This document shows positions 61,352 through 64,000 of a DNA stretch of 64,000 bases, piece by piece (position 1 is the stretch's first letter; each line of letters opens with the position of its first letter). The DNA lies in the NCBI GenBank assembly GCA_965218095.1, contig OZ244587.1, positions 3,008,001 to 3,072,000 of the forward strand. The letters are read 5' to 3'. This DNA comes from Candidatus Poribacteria bacterium (GTDB lineage Bacteria > Poribacteria > WGA-4E > PCPOR2b). The position numbers and the translations under genes were made by a program. The notes below the pieces were generated by a model. The model did no database searches. It was not told the DNA's origin and was given only the letters and a program-made list of their open reading frames with translations.

Positions 61352-64000
61352 AATGATAGATAGAACTCTGAAACTCGTCAAAAAGGGAACCGGCCGCCGA
61401 TATTTTTTCTCTCGGTTGAAAAACCCACTGTGGATACAACCGCTTGTCGAGCGTGGGTATTTTCAATCGCCTCCAAGAATCAGATACTTTGATGACGGTT
61501 ATGTTCAATTTCCTTCTTGGCCCGAGCTTCAATACCTCAAGAATGTATCTCGTGACGTACCCGATGAAGTTATTAATCTGGTATTGGGCCTCCCCAAAGT
61601 TGATAATCCAAGCGTCTATAATGAGATTTTGGAAATTGCACAGCAGCTACACGGAAAACAATCTGCGGCACTAAAGCCGAAAATACTTGAATATATAGGT
61701 ATAGAGCACCAGTTGTGGACACATAGATACGCAGATTTGTTAGCCCATTGGGCGGCGGAGAATCAAACATCGGCTGCACTGGAACTTACAAAAGTACTGG
61801 TTGAATTCGCACCCGATCCTCAATCAAAGGTCAAGGAGAAGTGTCGAAAAGAGCAGCTGACAGACTTTGGTACGTTCTACGAGACATCGCTTGAGCCATC
61901 ACCTCAAATTGGCAGCTCGGGATACAGAGAGATAATGTCCAAAGGAGTCCGTCCCCTTGCTGAAAAGGATCCCTACCAAGTTGCCCTTCTCCTTATTGAT
62001 GCCACAGCGAATATGATTCGCTTGCGAATGCATCAGGAGGAACTTAATCAAGAGATAGATTCTTCTGAAATATGGTATGAACGGCTCGGTGAATCGGGTA
62101 GTAACTACGAACGTCCTGAGAAAATACTTGTTCATACTCTGACCTTTGCCTGCGAGCAGGTTTACGAAAAATCGCCCGATTCAGTTATCGCTTTGGACGA
62201 GGTTCTACGGAACCAACAGTGGGGAGTTTTCAAACGCCTGCGCGAGCATCTATATGCCCAATACCCAAATGAGAAAACCAAACCGTGGGTTCGGGAATTG
62301 ATTCTAGGGCATGAAAGTTATCATCTCCGGGAGCATCGTTACGAATTCCAGCGGATGATACGGAGAGCCTGTGAGTACTTTGGCACCTCATTACTTGCTG
62401 AAGCGGAATGTGTACCAATCTTTGATGCCATCCGTAGCGGGCCATCGAAAGCCAATTATCAAGCGTGGGTAGTAGAGGGACTGGGCGAGGAATTTACCGA
62501 GGAGAGGTTTCAGCAACATCAACGCGCTTTCCATCGGAAGCAGTTCAAGCCTTTTGAATCCGTGCTATTTGGCGAATATGCAACCTACTTCCGAGAGTTG
62601 GAAAATAAAGCCACCGACCCAATCTCTGATGAGGACTATCCGCCAATTAAAACAAGGGGCGGATACGTGTCTAATCGTAGTCCACGCTCACCTGAAACCC
62701 TTGCTAATTTCACGGACGAGAAATTGCTCACCTACATAAACGAATGGGACGAAAAAGAGTCCTTCTCCGAAGGTGACTTGTTTGTGGAGATCGATATCGA
62801 AGGACTCGCCGAGGCATTTCAGACTGTTTTCAAGGAATCAATCATCCCCGATGCCAATAGGCTCCGGTTCTGGATCGAAAATCGCGAAAGGATTGAGCAG
62901 CCTATTTACGTGCGGATGATGATTAACGTAATGCAAGCGGACGTAAAGGGGAAGAACTTTAACAGGCTCAACGAGTGGTTGACATTTAGCAAGTGGGTGC
63001 TTTCACACCCCGACCAAGGGCGCGAGCGCGAGAGTGATTATAGACTAGGCAGACAAGGAGACGAATCCCGAGAAAACCCTGACTGGTACAATTCACGGCG
63101 AGTAGTCGGAGACTTTATCGAAACATGTCTGGAAAAGGATGTGGACGTACCGGTTGCTGCTCGGGAACAACTTGCCAAGCTTCTGGAAATGCTTTGCACG
63201 CAATTCGATCGGCATTTGGATCAAAAGGAGGCAGATCTTTTGATCCAAAACGACCTAATTGATGAAGCCATCAACAATACGCGGGGGCGTGCGTTAGAGG
63301 CGTTGGTCAGATTCGGTTTCTGGTTACGGCGGCATGATTCGGCAGCCGAATTGCCCGAGGTAACAACGATTCTTGAAAAACGCTTTGCCCCGGAAGCTGA
63401 GCGTCCTTTGACGTTGCCGGAGTATGCCATTCTAGGCAGAGACTATCGTTTGATTTTTAGCCTCAATAAGGCATGGGCGGCAGAACACAAATCAGACTTT
63501 TTCCCACAGGACAAGTTGCCTGAATGGCTGGCGGCATTTAGTAGTTTCGTGGCCTATAATCGCCCGTTCGAGCGCACCTTTAAAATCTTTCGGGACGACT
63601 TCGATTTTGCGCTGCAATATCTAACTGACTTCAAAAAGCGAGATGGTTCCGATAAAAAACAGATGGATAGTTTCGGTCGTCCCATGAAGCGAAATAGCCC
63701 CGAGGAGAAACTGACAGAGAGCCTCGGCCAACATCTGTTTACCTACTATTTGTGGGAGATGTACCCGCTCCGAGGAGAAGAAAGCCTGCTTGAGCGATAT
63801 TACCAAGAGACAGCCATTGATCGAGAGCACTGGGCGAATTTATTCGACTATGCCGGCTCTCGCTTACGGAGTAGCGGGAAGCACCTAGATCAAAGCCTGA
63901 AAGACAGAATAATTGCCTTCTTTGATTGGCGTTTTGAAGTTAAAGAGCCGACGGAGCTTCAACAGTTTACTTTCTGGCTGGAAGCCGAGTGCCTGGAGGC
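61323..64000 (+). CDS. Large helical protein, partial (about 890 aa, open at the window end)
   Basis: Manual translation from ATG 61323: MKSWKKPT..RRYFFSRLKNPLWIQPLVERGYFQSPP..FPSWPELQYL. The same frame reads open at spot checks near 62400 and 63951-64000; absent from the ORF track, consistent with no stop in the window. Confidence 0.85.
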   Translation, partial: MKSWKKPTNEMIDRTLKLVKKGTGRRYFFSRLKNPLWIQPLVERGYFQSPPRIRYFDDGYVQFPSWPELQYLKNVSRDVPDEVINLVLGLPKVDNPSVYNEILEIAQQLHGKQSAALKPKILEYIGIEHQLWTHRYADLLAHWAAENQTSAALELTKVLVEFAPDPQSKVKEKCRKEQLTDFGTFYETSLEPSPQIGSSGYREIMSKGVRPLAEKDPYQVALLLIDATANMIRLRMHQEELNQEIDSSEIWYERLGESGSNYERPEKILVHTLTFACEQVYEKSPDSVIALDEVLRNQQWGVFKRLREHLYAQYPNEKTKPWVRELILGHESYHLREHRYEFQRMIRRACEYFGTSLLAEAECVPIFDAIRSGPSKANYQAWVVEGLGEEFTEERFQQHQRAFHRKQFKPFESVLFGEYATYFRELENKATDPISDEDYPPIKTRGGYVSNRSPRSPETLANFTDEKLLTYINEWDEKESFSEGDLFVEIDIEGLAEAFQTVFKESIIPDANRLRFWIENRERIEQPIYVRMMINVMQADVKGKNFNRLNEWLTFSKWVLSHPDQGRERESDYRLGRQGDESRENPDWYNSRRVVGDFIETCLEKDVDVPVAAREQLAKLLEMLCTQFDRHLDQKEADLLIQNDLIDEAINNTRGRALEALVRFGFWLRRHDSAAELPEVTTILEKRFAPEAERPLTLPEYAILGRDYRLIFSLNKAWAAEHKSDFFPQDKLPEWLAAFSSFVAYNRPFERTFKIFRDDFDFALQYLTDFKKRDGSDKKQMDSFGRPMKRNSPEEKLTESLGQHLFTYYLWEMYPLRGEESLLERYYQETAIDREHWANLFDYAGSRLRSSGKHLDQSLKDRIIAFFDWRFEVKEPTELQQFTFWLEAECLE

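Overview
A 64 kb bacterial chromosomal window. The gene repertoire (DUF4159, DUF6785-like membrane protein, PhyH, Gfo/Idh/MocA, NHL, trypsin-TPR, many REP/MITE repeats) resembles Candidatus Poribacteria or a similar lineage; this is an inference. The left two thirds holds malate synthase G, a cold-shock gene and many catabolic and carbohydrate genes. Several are pseudogenised, and they are interspersed with IS701/IS982 remnants, MITEs and REP-like palindromes. Next comes a core block: sbcDC, a RibD-like reductase, phoH-ybeY-CBS/CorC, tRNA-Pro(CGG) and recO. The right end is a defence island: type III-like res and mod separated by cargo genes, then a HEPN-like gene and a giant helical ORF that runs off the window. 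The most striking feature is at 52433-53026. A near-consensus promoter precedes an intact tRNA-Pro flanked by two tRNA-Pro mimics whose anticodon arm is precisely replaced by a TTCCGA-N-TCGGAA hairpin. Between the first mimic and the tRNA lies a small frameshifted GIY-YIG nuclease gene, missed by the ORF track, whose stop codon lies inside the tRNA. All family assignments come from motif recognition by eye; no searches were run.
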